DNA of 64,000 nt from Deferribacterales bacterium (GCA_050251875.1 JBFWMA010000001.1:369587-433586), one strand, 5' to 3'. Counted from the stretch's first letter, positions 39,442 through 50,048 are shown. Translations and numbers: made by a program. Notes: generated by a model from the sequence alone, not told the origin.

Positions 39442-41367
39442 TTATTTAACCAGCGGCGAGATATCTGCTATGCCGCGTCCCTGAAAGTATTTTATGTTTT
39501 GGCTTTCGAGAGCGTTTTTCAGCTCATCGTTTTCGACTTTCGTCGCAATCAGTTTGATTCCCAGACTTTCTGTGATAGTCATCAGAGAGTTGATGGCTGT
39601 GTGGGCGCTGTCGTCTGTGCCCATCAGATAGTCGTAGTCTATTTTAATGTAGTTGGGTTTCAGTTTTTGCAGATTTTCCAGCGATGTCTGGCTCATGGAG
39701 AACCTGTCCACACCGAAGGTGAATCCGAGACCTTTGATCAGACCGGAGAAGTCGAGACATATATCCAGATTGCTGTTGATAGCGTTGTCGGATATCTCGA
39801 AGGTCATGCGGTCTTTCAGATGTTTGGAGTTGAGCAGAAGCTGTCTGAACCATGTGAATGACATCCTGTCGTTCAGGAAGACATCGGTGATGTTGATAGC
39901 CAGCGTGCCTTCTTCGTGCTGTGTCAGATATTCTGTTGATTTCTCAAGCACATATTTGTCCAGACTGTTGGCAAGGTTGAGGTTCACCACCATGGGCATG
40001 AAATATCCGGCCCGCAGTATGTTTCCATCCTTATCCAGCATGTTGACGAATATCTCCTGATGGAGCTCTCCGGTGGAGGATTTGACCGACTGAGATGTCA
40101 GGACAAATCTGTCTGAGCTGAGCGCCTCTTCTATCATGGTTTTCCACTCCATCTTACCAAGAACCATCTGGCTGGCGTCATCATTGAAGTGGTTGTAATG
40201 CGATGTTTCGGAGCTTTTCGCCACAGACAGAGCATAGTCTGTTTTGGAAAGAACTCTCGCCATTGTTTCGTTGTAATGATATGTCGCCATACCCGCTTTG
40301 GTTGCTATAGGGAGCGCAGCGTTGACTTCTGACATGAGAGTATCCGCCGCCGCCATGAAGGCGCTGAGTGAGTTTTCCGCCTCTTCCTGTGTGACAGAGG
40401 GGAGTATCAGGGCGAATTCCTGTTTGTTGAAACATGCCGCTACCACACCCTGTTTTCCGAATTTTCCTGTGAAGAGTTCGGCTATTTTGTCATAGTAGGG
40501 TTTGATAGCCTGATGCCCTTTTTCTGTGAAGGCGGCGTCCAGCCCCTCGAAGGAGATGAAGACGATCTCGCCGTTAGAATATTGCGATTCTGATTCGATA
40601 TATTCGGTTATCTTATTTACAAAGTATTTACGGTTGAACAGACCTGTGAGCTGATCTTTATAAAGCAGCTCCTGATAGTTTTTCAGTGTTTCTATCTCTC
40701 TGTTATATATAGTCTGAACTTTTCCGGTCATCTGGTTCATCGCCAGAACAACCTGACGGAGTTCCGGTGTTTTCGGTATTTTGTCGTTGATGATGAACTC
40801 GTTCTCGCCGATGGCTTCTGCCTGAAGACGTATCCTCTCCAGAGAGGACAGGAGAAATTTCAGGATGACATAGCTGAGCGCTATGCCTATGGCGCCTATC
40901 ACCACGAAAGAGATGCACAGTGACTTAAAGCTGTCCCAGAGCTGGATGTAGGAGAGACCCGGGTGTCCCTTTACATTCAGACTGCCGAAGATAGTCCATC
41001 CGCTGGATATTTTCGCCTCGCCCACGGGGGTCTGGAGATTAACCAGCTTTATGAAAACTTCAGGAACGTCCTGAATTCTGGGTATCTGTTTCGCCTGATA
41101 GAGAATCTTGCCTTCGTTGTCCAGAAGGGTGATCTCCTCAAAATATCCGCCGTCATACATGGCGTTAATCATGGTGGTCATCATGCCCATGTCGTCCACA
41201 AAGGGGCTGAGCGACAGCGACATGGAGTTAGCCGTGTTTTTGGAATTTGTGTATAGCTGGTTTCTTATAAACTCTTTAGTGTTGTCAAAATTAATTTTGA
41301 GCACCGCTATCAGCATCACTATCAGTATAAAGGTGATAAGAAGCTGAATCTGTTTGAAGAGTGTCAT
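39442..41367 (-). CDS. lapD: LapD c-di-GMP receptor (periplasmic domain, HAMP, degenerate GGDEF-EAL)
   Basis: MTLFKQ start, SGWTIFG Trp loop, DQLTGLFNR, NKQEF for GGDEF, degenerate EAL, KYFQG. Confidence 0.9.
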   Translation of the reverse strand: MTLFKQIQLLITFILIVMLIAVLKINFDNTKEFIRNQLYTNSKNTANSMSLSLSPFVDDMGMMTTMINAMYDGGYFEEITLLDNEGKILYQAKQIPRIQDVPEVFIKLVNLQTPVGEAKISSGWTIFGSLNVKGHPGLSYIQLWDSFKSLCISFVVIGAIGIALSYVILKFLLSSLERIRLQAEAIGENEFIINDKIPKTPELRQVVLAMNQMTGKVQTIYNREIETLKNYQELLYKDQLTGLFNRKYFVNKITEYIESESQYSNGEIVFISFEGLDAAFTEKGHQAIKPYYDKIAELFTGKFGKQGVVAACFNKQEFALILPSVTQEEAENSLSAFMAAADTLMSEVNAALPIATKAGMATYHYNETMARVLSKTDYALSVAKSSETSHYNHFNDDASQMVLGKMEWKTMIEEALSSDRFVLTSQSVKSSTGELHQEIFVNMLDKDGNILRAGYFMPMVVNLNLANSLDKYVLEKSTEYLTQHEEGTLAINITDVFLNDRMSFTWFRQLLLNSKHLKDRMTFEISDNAINSNLDICLDFSGLIKGLGFTFGVDRFSMSQTSLENLQKLKPNYIKIDYDYLMGTDDSAHTAINSLMTITESLGIKLIATKVENDELKNALESQNIKYFQGRGIADISPLVK

Positions 41368-41369
41368 AT

Positions 41370-42035
41370 CTACCTCGCCATAATCTCAAGATTTATTGCA
41401 TTCAGTTTATTCAGGTTTTTGGATTGAGACGGGTCAACCCTGGCACCTAAACCCTGCTGTCTCTGAACATACAGATCGTTCGCGTTAAAGCTGTAAACAG
41501 GCGCGAGATCTTTTCTGTTGGTCGCCAGCTGGATGGACTTGTCGTAGTTATCAAGAACATAAGGTATTGTATTAGGCTGCTTATAATAAGTTACTACAAG
41601 GTGCGATTCCTTTCCTCTCTTAACGTATGTCAAGAAGAGCTTTTCCTGAGGAACGCCTATCTGTATCAGGGTCAGAAACTTGGAAACGGCATAGTCTTCG
41701 CAGTCGCCCAGCCCCACACCCAGAAATTCCAGTCTGCTCGCCCAGTAGTCGGTTTTACCCCAGGTTTTGATGTCGGACTGGTATTGAACCTGATTAAAAA
41801 AACTATTTATTTCAATAACTTTCGTATCATCGGACGCATTTTCATCCACAAGTTTATTCATCTTGTCCAGAAGAGCGTTGAGACGCACTACAGCGTACTT
41901 CCCATACTTCTTCTCATATGCGGCAAACTCTGCATCAGGTACATAAAACCGCAGAGCAGCACCCACAATGTAGTTTGTGAGTGCTGCTGAAATAATCACT
42001 ATAATTATCGCTGCGGTGAACTTATTAAAGTGCAT
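41370..42035 (-). CDS. lapG: LapG transglutaminase-like cysteine protease
   Basis: WGKTDYWA, GDCEDYA, SHLVV, VLDN triad; signal anchor. Confidence 0.93.
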   Translation of the reverse strand: MHFNKFTAAIIIVIISAALTNYIVGAALRFYVPDAEFAAYEKKYGKYAVVRLNALLDKMNKLVDENASDDTKVIEINSFFNQVQYQSDIKTWGKTDYWASRLEFLGVGLGDCEDYAVSKFLTLIQIGVPQEKLFLTYVKRGKESHLVVTYYKQPNTIPYVLDNYDKSIQLATNRKDLAPVYSFNANDLYVQRQQGLGARVDPSQSKNLNKLNAINLEIMAR

Positions 42036-42038
42036 AAA

Positions 42039-44024
42039 TTACATGTTGTTCTTGATTAACTTGAACTCAATTCTCCTGTTCAGTTTTCTGCCTTCTGCTG
42101 TGTTGTTGGGAGCGATAGGCATTGATTCGCCTTTTCCATAGCCATGCATAATGTCTTTGGAAACGCCTTTGTCAGCAAGCCTGCTGTAAACAGTGTTTAC
42201 ACGCTGTTTTGAGAGTTTGCTGTTGTAAGCGGCGGAACCCACACTGTCGGTGTGACCGTATATATTCAGCTGATATCCTTCCAGCTTTCCAACTTCAGCG
42301 GCTACTTCATCGATGAGCTTTTCGCCATCAGGAGTAAGTATATATGAGTTGAAAGCAAAAATCACGTTACTGAATGTAAAAGTCTGCTCTTTTTTCTCAG
42401 GATCGATGACCATAGCCGCGGCTTCTGCCGGTTTGGCTTCTTCCGTGGCGGGCGCTGTCATCACTTCCTCTGCTTTGGGAGCGGGTTCTGCTGTGAGTCC
42501 TTCGGCAGTGTTAGGTTTGAAATAGGGATCGAGTTTTTCAGGAACCTTATAGCCTATCTGAAGACCATCGTCTCCGATACATCCGTAGGGAGCTGTTTCA
42601 GACTGGATAGACTGCTGGCACTGGTCTTTTTTATCCTGCACCTGGTCTTTGTCTCTGTTGTACTCCAGAGGATAGTAGTCTTCGATAGTGTCTACAGGTT
42701 TTTTCTCGGGGAGTCCCACTTTCTCTGCCAGTTCTGCGTCATATTCCTGAAGCAGCAGACCGGAAGCCTGAAGCAGTCTGAAATATGCTGTTTTGGCGGA
42801 GTATTTTGTTGTTACGAGTGTTTGTCTGGATGACTGATATTCGTTTTCCATATCGAGAACTTCGATCAGGGTTCTTCTGCCCAGTCCGTTCTCCTCAACG
42901 AAATAGTCTCTGGTTTGTTTGGTGAGGTCAACATACTCTTCCAGATAGGGGAGTTTGTTTTCTTCGGCCTCTTTGATGTTCCATGCCAGGTGAACGGCCT
43001 CGATCAGGTTACGGCGCTCGATATAGCTTCTTTCGAGCTCTTTCAGGATATCAGAGCTGTCTTTCTTTTTCTGGGCTGATCTGACGCCGCCGTCATAGAG
43101 ATTCCAGTTCAGTGAGAGCATGGCTGACATTATGTCGTTTGTGCCTTCGTCACCGCCTGTGTTGTTGGTTCTCTGTGCTTTCAGCTCGGCATCGATAGTG
43201 GGCCAGTAGAGCGCTTCAGCGCGTTTTCTGGTATATTTTTTTGTTACAACGTTATAGTCGGCTACTGCGATGGCAGGATAAACCTTGATAGACTGTTCGA
43301 TAACGCCCTCAACTGTGACGGGCATTGTCTTTGAGTTTTCAGGAATCACAAAGTCCTCAGCCTTGACGAAACGTCCGAGCTGTCTGTGGAATCTTGCCAG
43401 AGCCTGTTTAACGTTCTGCTGCTGTGAGAGATAGTTTGCTCTGGAAAGAGCAAGTCTCGCCTGGGCACTGGTGAGGTCAGACGCTCTGCCGAATCCTGAG
43501 TTGGTCTTTTCTTCGATCTGTTTCAGGATCTGAGCCTGTGTCTGAACATTGTCGGAAGCGATCTGGAGAAGCTCCCTTTCCTGAAGAACAGAGAGGTAAG
43601 CCTCAGATGTGGCAAGGAATACGGTGTTGGCTGTGTTCATTACATCGAACGCCGCCGCTACCATTCTTGCTTTGGTTTCGTTTACATAGTTTGTTGTTCC
43701 AAATCCGTTGAAGAGATTGATTCTGGCTGCCAGAGTGGCTGTGCTTGCGGTGAGTGATACTTTTTCATCGTTGGTATCGATGCCCTGTGTCACTTCACGC
43801 CCGCCGGACAGGCTGGCGCTCAATGTGGGGTTATACCCCGCCTGAGCCAGTTTCAGTTCATCTTTCACTGATTCATACACTTTTACTGACTCAAGGATCT
43901 CAGGATTGGTCCTGGAGATTTCCTTGGTCGCGTCTTGCAGAGTGAAAGGCTCTGCGAAGGCAGTCGCAGAAAAAGCGACGACAGCTGTCGCCACCATCCC
44001 GACTTTGAATAGTTTTCTTATCAT
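42039..44024 (-). CDS. lapE: T1SS TolC-family outer membrane protein fused to a C-terminal OmpA peptidoglycan-binding domain
   Basis: Signal peptide from ATG 44024 (AAGGGG RBS); TolC repeats (GRRTLIEVLD); GHTDSVG...LSKQR...NRRIEF. Confidence 0.88.
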   Translation of the reverse strand: MIRKLFKVGMVATAVVAFSATAFAEPFTLQDATKEISRTNPEILESVKVYESVKDELKLAQAGYNPTLSASLSGGREVTQGIDTNDEKVSLTASTATLAARINLFNGFGTTNYVNETKARMVAAAFDVMNTANTVFLATSEAYLSVLQERELLQIASDNVQTQAQILKQIEEKTNSGFGRASDLTSAQARLALSRANYLSQQQNVKQALARFHRQLGRFVKAEDFVIPENSKTMPVTVEGVIEQSIKVYPAIAVADYNVVTKKYTRKRAEALYWPTIDAELKAQRTNNTGGDEGTNDIMSAMLSLNWNLYDGGVRSAQKKKDSSDILKELERSYIERRNLIEAVHLAWNIKEAEENKLPYLEEYVDLTKQTRDYFVEENGLGRRTLIEVLDMENEYQSSRQTLVTTKYSAKTAYFRLLQASGLLLQEYDAELAEKVGLPEKKPVDTIEDYYPLEYNRDKDQVQDKKDQCQQSIQSETAPYGCIGDDGLQIGYKVPEKLDPYFKPNTAEGLTAEPAPKAEEVMTAPATEEAKPAEAAAMVIDPEKKEQTFTFSNVIFAFNSYILTPDGEKLIDEVAAEVGKLEGYQLNIYGHTDSVGSAAYNSKLSKQRVNTVYSRLADKGVSKDIMHGYGKGESMPIAPNNTAEGRKLNRRIEFKLIKNNM

Positions 44025-44398
44025 CTTAATCCCCTTACATAACGAATGATTATAGTAAATGAAATCACGGAAGCCCTTTACTGTCAAGGCGACTATCGAT
44101 AGTTAAATATTAAACCAATCAAAATTTATTACGGTGTTTTGTCACATATAACGACATGAAATATCCATAATTTTGTAAAGGTTAGATAATGTGGAATTTA
44201 TTTTATCGATTAAAAAAAGCGTAGTTAAAAATTCACCTATTTACAACTACTAGAGTTAGTAGTGAAAAAAAATGTGAATTTTACTTGAAGATTTAAAAAA
44301 ATTTAAACCCCTGTTTGTATATGTGTGGATATATATTTAGATGACAGCTATTTCTATGCAGTAAATTTAGTTGTATTAAGTATGCAAATATTTAACTG

Positions 44399-44971
44399 TT
44401 ATTTTAGTCCACGGTATTTTTTGATACAGCTGGCGAATCTGTCAAAGCTCCTCTGAACGGCGCTGGTATCTGACCACAGGTAGGGGACATGTCCGTATAT
44501 CGCTCTGAATCCTGCTTTTTTAGCGTCTTCAGGCGCATAGTTCTTTGCTCCGTAAAGATATATGGCGGAGGCGAGTCCGGCTCTGTCCGAGCCGCCTTTG
44601 CAGTGAACCAGAACTGGCTTTTCGGCTGTTTTCATCAGCCAGAGGAAGTGATCCATATTCTCCAGAGGTGAAGCCACGGTGGGAGAGAACGGCACGTCAT
44701 AGTGCATTATGCCCAGTCTGGTGGATGTTTTGATCTCATCCTGATACCATTTTTTATAAATGCTGGGACCACGCAGGTTTATGATGGTTTTGATCCCGTA
44801 TTTTTTGTGATATGCCTCGATGCGCTCAGGTGTCGGCTGTCCGCTCCGGTAGAGCTCGCCTTCCACCACGGCGTGGAGGTTTCCGCCCAGACGGATATAA
44901 GCTGTGGCGGCTAAAACAAGTACGAAGACCAGTATAAGAATCGCGGCTGATAGTTTCAGAATGAATTTCAT
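44399..44971 (-). CDS. Membrane-anchored or exported PTP/dual-specificity phosphatase family protein
   Basis: YRSGQP, INLRG, VHCKGGSDR (C-x5-R); N-terminal TM; ATG 44971 preferred (45004 possible). Confidence 0.85.
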   Translation of the reverse strand: MKFILKLSAAILILVFVLVLAATAYIRLGGNLHAVVEGELYRSGQPTPERIEAYHKKYGIKTIINLRGPSIYKKWYQDEIKTSTRLGIMHYDVPFSPTVASPLENMDHFLWLMKTAEKPVLVHCKGGSDRAGLASAIYLYGAKNYAPEDAKKAGFRAIYGHVPYLWSDTSAVQRSFDRFASCIKKYRGLK

Positions 44972-45029
44972 AATCCCTGCCGTTTTTGTTTTGAAATATA
45001 TCATTCACCCATAAACTGCGCAAGGTAAT

Positions 45030-45057
45030 AAAAAAGGCGGAAGATAACTTCCGCCTT
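45030..45057 (-). terminator. Intrinsic terminator
   Basis: GGCGGAAG/CTTCCGCC with a minus-strand U-tract. Confidence 0.75.
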
Positions 45058-45061
45058 ATGT

Positions 45062-46399
45062 CTATTTCATCTTGGAGAAATAGTCTTTCGTTTCAGCGAA
45101 GACCACAGACGACAGACCCAGAAGTCCCACAAGGTTGGGGAACGCCATCAGTCCGTTGAATATGTCAGACAGCGTCCATACCACGTCCAGCTTGGCCATG
45201 GCGCCGACGCCGATGAACAGGATGAAGACATATCTGTAGGGTTTCACGGATTTTATACCGAAGAGATATTCCATGGATTTTTCACCGTAGTAACACCAGC
45301 CGAGTATGGTGGAATAGGCGAACAGAGCCAGACTCACCGCCACCATTACTGCTCCGCCGTTGAACCCGAGGGAGAAAGCGTATGATGTCAGTTCCGCTCC
45401 GTTTTTGCCTGTGTCCCACGCTCCTGTGCATATCAGAACCAGACCTGTCATGGTGCACACCACCAGTGTGTCTATGAAAGTCTGGGTCATGGAGACCAGA
45501 GCCTGTGAGACAGGGTGTTTTGTCTGTGCCGCCGCTGCCGCTATGGGAGCGCTGCCCAGACCGGATTCGTTGGAGAAAACGCCTCTCGCCACACCCATGC
45601 GCACAGCGAGCATAACAGACGCTCCGGCGAAACCGCCTCCGGCAGCCGCCGGTGTGAAAGCCTTTTCAAAGATAAGGGCTAAGGCATGAGGTATGCTGGA
45701 AGCGTACATAACAAGAATAGCCAGAGAACCGATAACATAAAAAACTATCATAAAAGGAACAAGAACGCTGGTAACTCTGCCTATCGCCTTGATCCCGCCC
45801 AGAACAACCAGAGCGGTAGCCACCATCAGAACAAGTCCTGTGGCATATGTCGGCACGTTGAATGTGGAGTGCAGAGCGTCCGCCACTGAGTTGGACTGAA
45901 CCATGTTGCCTATGCCGAAAGAGGCGAAAACGGCAAACACGGCAAAGAGCGCTCCCAGCTTTTTCCAGCCGAGACCGTTAGAAATATAATACATGGGACC
46001 GCCGTTCATGCTGCCCGCCTCGTCAGTGACACGGTATTTCACAGCCAGCACGGCTTCGGAATATTTGGTCGCCATGCCCACCAGTCCGGTAACCCACATC
46101 CAGAACATCGCCCCGGGACCGCCTATGGCTATCGCTGTGGCGACTCCCGCTATGTTCCCTGTTCCCACTGTGGCGGACATGGCGGTCATCAGCGCCTGAA
46201 AGTGCGTGATGTCGCCCGGCTCGTCATCGCTCTCTTTTCTTTTTACAAGAGCCAGCCACAGAGCATGAAAGAGTTTTGTGAACTGAAGAAACCTGAGGTT
46301 AATGGTAAGCCAGAGACCTGTGCCCACCAGAAGGATGAGAAGCGGAAGACCCCACACATAACCGCCTATCAGATTAAGAATTGCTTCGAATTTTTCCAA
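45062..46399 (-). CDS. Alanine/glycine:cation symporter (AGCS)
   Basis: [29 protein letters not shown] start at 46399 after GGAGG. Confidence 0.93.
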   Translation of the reverse strand: MEKFEAILNLIGGYVWGLPLLILLVGTGLWLTINLRFLQFTKLFHALWLALVKRKESDDEPGDITHFQALMTAMSATVGTGNIAGVATAIAIGGPGAMFWMWVTGLVGMATKYSEAVLAVKYRVTDEAGSMNGGPMYYISNGLGWKKLGALFAVFAVFASFGIGNMVQSNSVADALHSTFNVPTYATGLVLMVATALVVLGGIKAIGRVTSVLVPFMIVFYVIGSLAILVMYASSIPHALALIFEKAFTPAAAGGGFAGASVMLAVRMGVARGVFSNESGLGSAPIAAAAAQTKHPVSQALVSMTQTFIDTLVVCTMTGLVLICTGAWDTGKNGAELTSYAFSLGFNGGAVMVAVSLALFAYSTILGWCYYGEKSMEYLFGIKSVKPYRYVFILFIGVGAMAKLDVVWTLSDIFNGLMAFPNLVGLLGLSSVVFAETKDYFSKMK

Positions 46400-46518
46400 A
46401 ATAAATGATCCTCCATCTATGATTTGCGTTAAAAGTATATCGGATTTGATATGGATATGTAAAGTCCGCATACATTATTTCGCTAAATGTGCTAATATTC
46501 TTCATACAAGAGGTGCGT

Positions 46519-47295
46519 ATGAAAAGACTGCTTTTTATTCTGATATCTTTAGTGTCATTCGTGTGTTATGCCGCTGGCGGGAGCTATAATACCGTTGTGG
46601 TGATCTCCGTGGACGCTCTGCATCCGGACGCTGTAGGCATAGAAACCTGTCCGAATATATTTCGTCTGGCTGAGAACGGGTTAATCAGCAGAAACGCCCT
46701 GAGCACCGACCCGCCGAAAACTCTGATAGCCCACACCGCTATGCTGACCGGCATGCCGCCTGAAAAAAACGGAAAGAAGGACAACGATTGGAAGCCGGGT
46801 GACGGAAAGGTTACGCAGGACACTCTGTTGTCATACGCTAAGTCAAAAGGATACGCCACCGCCCTGATCTACAGCAAGAAGAAGCTGGGATATCTGGGCA
46901 GGGACGCAGACAGAGAGATTTTCTCCGCCGAAGATGCTGTGGACGCCGCTTCATCTCTGCTGGATACATCAAAAAAACAGTTCATTTTTCTGCACATCAG
47001 CGGGCTGGACACGGAAGGTCCGGTCTCCGGCTGGATGTCGGCGGAATATATGGACGAGTTTAATTTTATAGACGAACAGCTCGGCTCTCTTTTTGAAAAG
47101 ATAAAAAAGAGTCCCTCGTCTCTGATAGTAGTGACATCCGATCACGCCGGGCATGAGAAGATCCACGGGTCTGACCATCCGGAGGACTATAAAAGACCGC
47201 TGATAATATTCAGCTCAAAAGAGAGGATAAAAGACGTGCCTGAGAGCGCTCTTAAGATAGACGGGCTGAAAGGATATCTGGAGACTCTATTTTAG
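46519..47295 (+). CDS. Exported alkaline phosphatase superfamily protein (NPP/phosphodiesterase-like)
   Basis: Signal peptide; ISVDAL, KTLIAH..MLTG (Thr nucleophile), TSDHAG. Confidence 0.82.
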   Translation: MKRLLFILISLVSFVCYAAGGSYNTVVVISVDALHPDAVGIETCPNIFRLAENGLISRNALSTDPPKTLIAHTAMLTGMPPEKNGKKDNDWKPGDGKVTQDTLLSYAKSKGYATALIYSKKKLGYLGRDADREIFSAEDAVDAASSLLDTSKKQFIFLHISGLDTEGPVSGWMSAEYMDEFNFIDEQLGSLFEKIKKSPSSLIVVTSDHAGHEKIHGSDHPEDYKRPLIIFSSKERIKDVPESALKIDGLKGYLETLF

Positions 47296-47889
47296 ACCGT
47301 ATATGCCTGTGAATATTCCGGCTGTTTTGTTGATGATCTCTTTCTGTTTCTCCGGTGACGGCATGGGGATGATTCCCAGAAGAACAGGCCAGAAGAGAGC
47401 CTCCTTCACCATGCCCAGAAAATACTGAGATGCCAGAAAGGTATCGTCTATTCCGCCTTTTCCGGCGTCTTTCAGATAGTCAGAGAGGGTTAAGAGGAGC
47501 GAGCGGATACCTTTTTCGGAATATATTTCAGTGAGGATGGGGAATCTGCCCGATTCTCCCATTATCAGCCTTATGAGTCTGTTGAATTTGTCGCTGTAGA
47601 GCAGATCCATGGACTTTTCGGCAAAATCTATCAGATCCTGCCTTATGTCGGCGCCTTCATGATATTTCAGCTCCGGCACTTTGTGTTCTGTCCAGATGTA
47701 TGTGACAATTTCCGAGAACAGATCTTCTTTAGAGCTGAAATGGTTATAGACGGTTCTTTTGGACACTTTGGCGTGGGCGGCTATCCCGTCCATGCTCACA
47801 CTGCCGTATCCTTTATCCAGAAAAAGCTCCGAAGCGGACTCAACAATGGCTTTGCGTTTTTTGTCTGTCAGTCTGGTTTCCACATTCAC
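47287..47889 (-). CDS. TetR/AcrR-family regulator
   Basis: LFLDKGY...IAAHAKVSKRTVYNHFSSKEDLF. Confidence 0.95.
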   Translation of the reverse strand: MNVETRLTDKKRKAIVESASELFLDKGYGSVSMDGIAAHAKVSKRTVYNHFSSKEDLFSEIVTYIWTEHKVPELKYHEGADIRQDLIDFAEKSMDLLYSDKFNRLIRLIMGESGRFPILTEIYSEKGIRSLLLTLSDYLKDAGKGGIDDTFLASQYFLGMVKEALFWPVLLGIIPMPSPEKQKEIINKTAGIFTGIYGLK

Positions 47890-47940
47890 CTCACAGAAAT
47901 GGATTATAGATAACAGGTGATATAATTACAATAAATTGTA

Positions 47941-47983
47941 TTGACTTTTTCCGCAAGAGAACTAAACTACACCGTATAGTTTA
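47941..47983 (+). promoter_or_regulatory. Promoter plus TetR-type operator for the aldo/keto reductase
   Basis: TTGACT-N16-TAAACT overlapped by the inverted repeat TAAACTA-N7-TAGTTTA. Confidence 0.65.
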
Positions 47984-48001
47984 CTTTTATTGAGGTGAGT
48001 T

Positions 48002-48982
<981 letters not shown>

Positions 48983-48986
48983 ATTT

Positions 48987-49191
48987 GTAGGGCGGGGTTT
49001 TTTAGCTAGCTTGGAACAGAAACACCCGCCGACAGTAGGGCGGGGTTTTATAGCTAGCTTGGAGCAGAAACACCCGCCGCTAGTAGGGCGGGGTTTTATA
49101 GCTAGCTTGGAGCAGAAACACCCGCCGCTAGTAGGGCGGGGTTTTATACCCCGCCGCAAAATATACGGCGGCATGTAAAATGCCGCCCTAC
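48987..49191. repeat. Tandem array of three 48-bp GTAG-REP-like units plus an inverted REP doublet
   Basis: Units start at 48987, 49035, 49083; REP GTAGGGCGGGGTTTTATACCCCGCC at 49131; inverted copy ending GCCGCCCTAC at 49191. Confidence 0.9.
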
Positions 49192-49271
49192 TATACGCTC
49201 TTACAACGTGATAATTACCTTTCATTATTGCCCAAAGGTGATATCATCGGCAAAACATACAGGAGTATGAT

Positions 49272-49418
49272 ATGAAAAAACTGGTGATAACCGCTGTTAT
49301 AGCTGTTTTCGCTTTTGGGCTCATAGGCTGCGCTGAGCACGCCGGAGGCAAGGCGACAGCGCCCGGACAGGTAAAAAAGGCGACAGGCGTTCATCCTGTC
49401 ACAGGAAAAACAAAATAA
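49272..49418 (+). CDS. Small 48-aa lipoprotein (absent from the ORF track)
   Basis: AGGAG RBS; MKKLVITAVIAVFAFGLIG-C lipobox; followed directly by a terminator. Confidence 0.8.
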   Translation: MKKLVITAVIAVFAFGLIGCAEHAGGKATAPGQVKKATGVHPVTGKTK

Positions 49419-49448
49419 AAAAGCCCGCTTAAAAGCGGGCTTTTTTTA
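49417..49448. terminator. Bidirectional intrinsic terminator
   Basis: A-run, GCCCGCTT/AAGCGGGC, T-run. Confidence 0.85.
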
Positions 49449-49466
49449 TGATTATCATGGCGCTTA

Positions 49467-50048
49467 TTAAAGCCCCATAAGATCTTTGGCTACTTTTCCT
49501 GATTTTTCAGCGATCTCTTTGTGCAGTGATCCGCCGTGGCTGTCCATAGTGACAACACAGGGGAAATCTTCAACCTCGCAAACCCAGAAGGCTTCGGGTG
49601 TGCCGAATTCTTCAAGTTTGAAAACAGTTTTGACTTTCTTAACTCTTTTAGCGATCAGAGAGCCAGCTCCGCCCACAGCGTGGAGATAAACAGCGCCGAC
49701 TTTCTTGAGTCCTTCCATTGTCAGGGGACCCATTCCGCCTTTTCCTATTACTGCTCTGACGGAGTATTCCTCGCAGACAGCCGCCTGATAGGGCTCTTCA
49801 CGGGTGGAAGTAGTGGGACCGGCGGCTACGAAGCTGTATGAACCGTCTTCGTGTTTTTTCACAACGGGTCCGCAGTGATAGATAGCGCCGTTTTTCATGT
49901 ATTCTCTGGGGAAATCGGGTTTTTCTTCGATCATAAGTTTATGAGCGGCATCTCTGGCTGTAACGATAATGCCTGAAAGAAGAACCTCATCGCCCACTTT
50001 CAGCGATCTGGCTGTTTCTTCTGAAATGGGTGTAGTGAGCTTAATCAT
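49467..50048 (-). CDS. Class I fumarate hydratase (Fe-S hydro-lyase) beta subunit
   Basis: TARDAAH, YHCGP, GPTTSTR, IGKGG, MDSHG. Confidence 0.9.
   Translation of the reverse strand: MIKLTTPISEETARSLKVGDEVLLSGIIVTARDAAHKLMIEEKPDFPREYMKNGAIYHCGPVVKKHEDGSYSFVAAGPTTSTREEPYQAAVCEEYSVRAVIGKGGMGPLTMEGLKKVGAVYLHAVGGAGSLIAKRVKKVKTVFKLEEFGTPEAFWVCEVEDFPCVVTMDSHGGSLHKEIAEKSGKVAKDLMGL

Noticed and set aside
48987..49191. CRISPR array
   Set aside because: Units are tandem near-identical 48-mers without unique spacers, and there are no cas genes.
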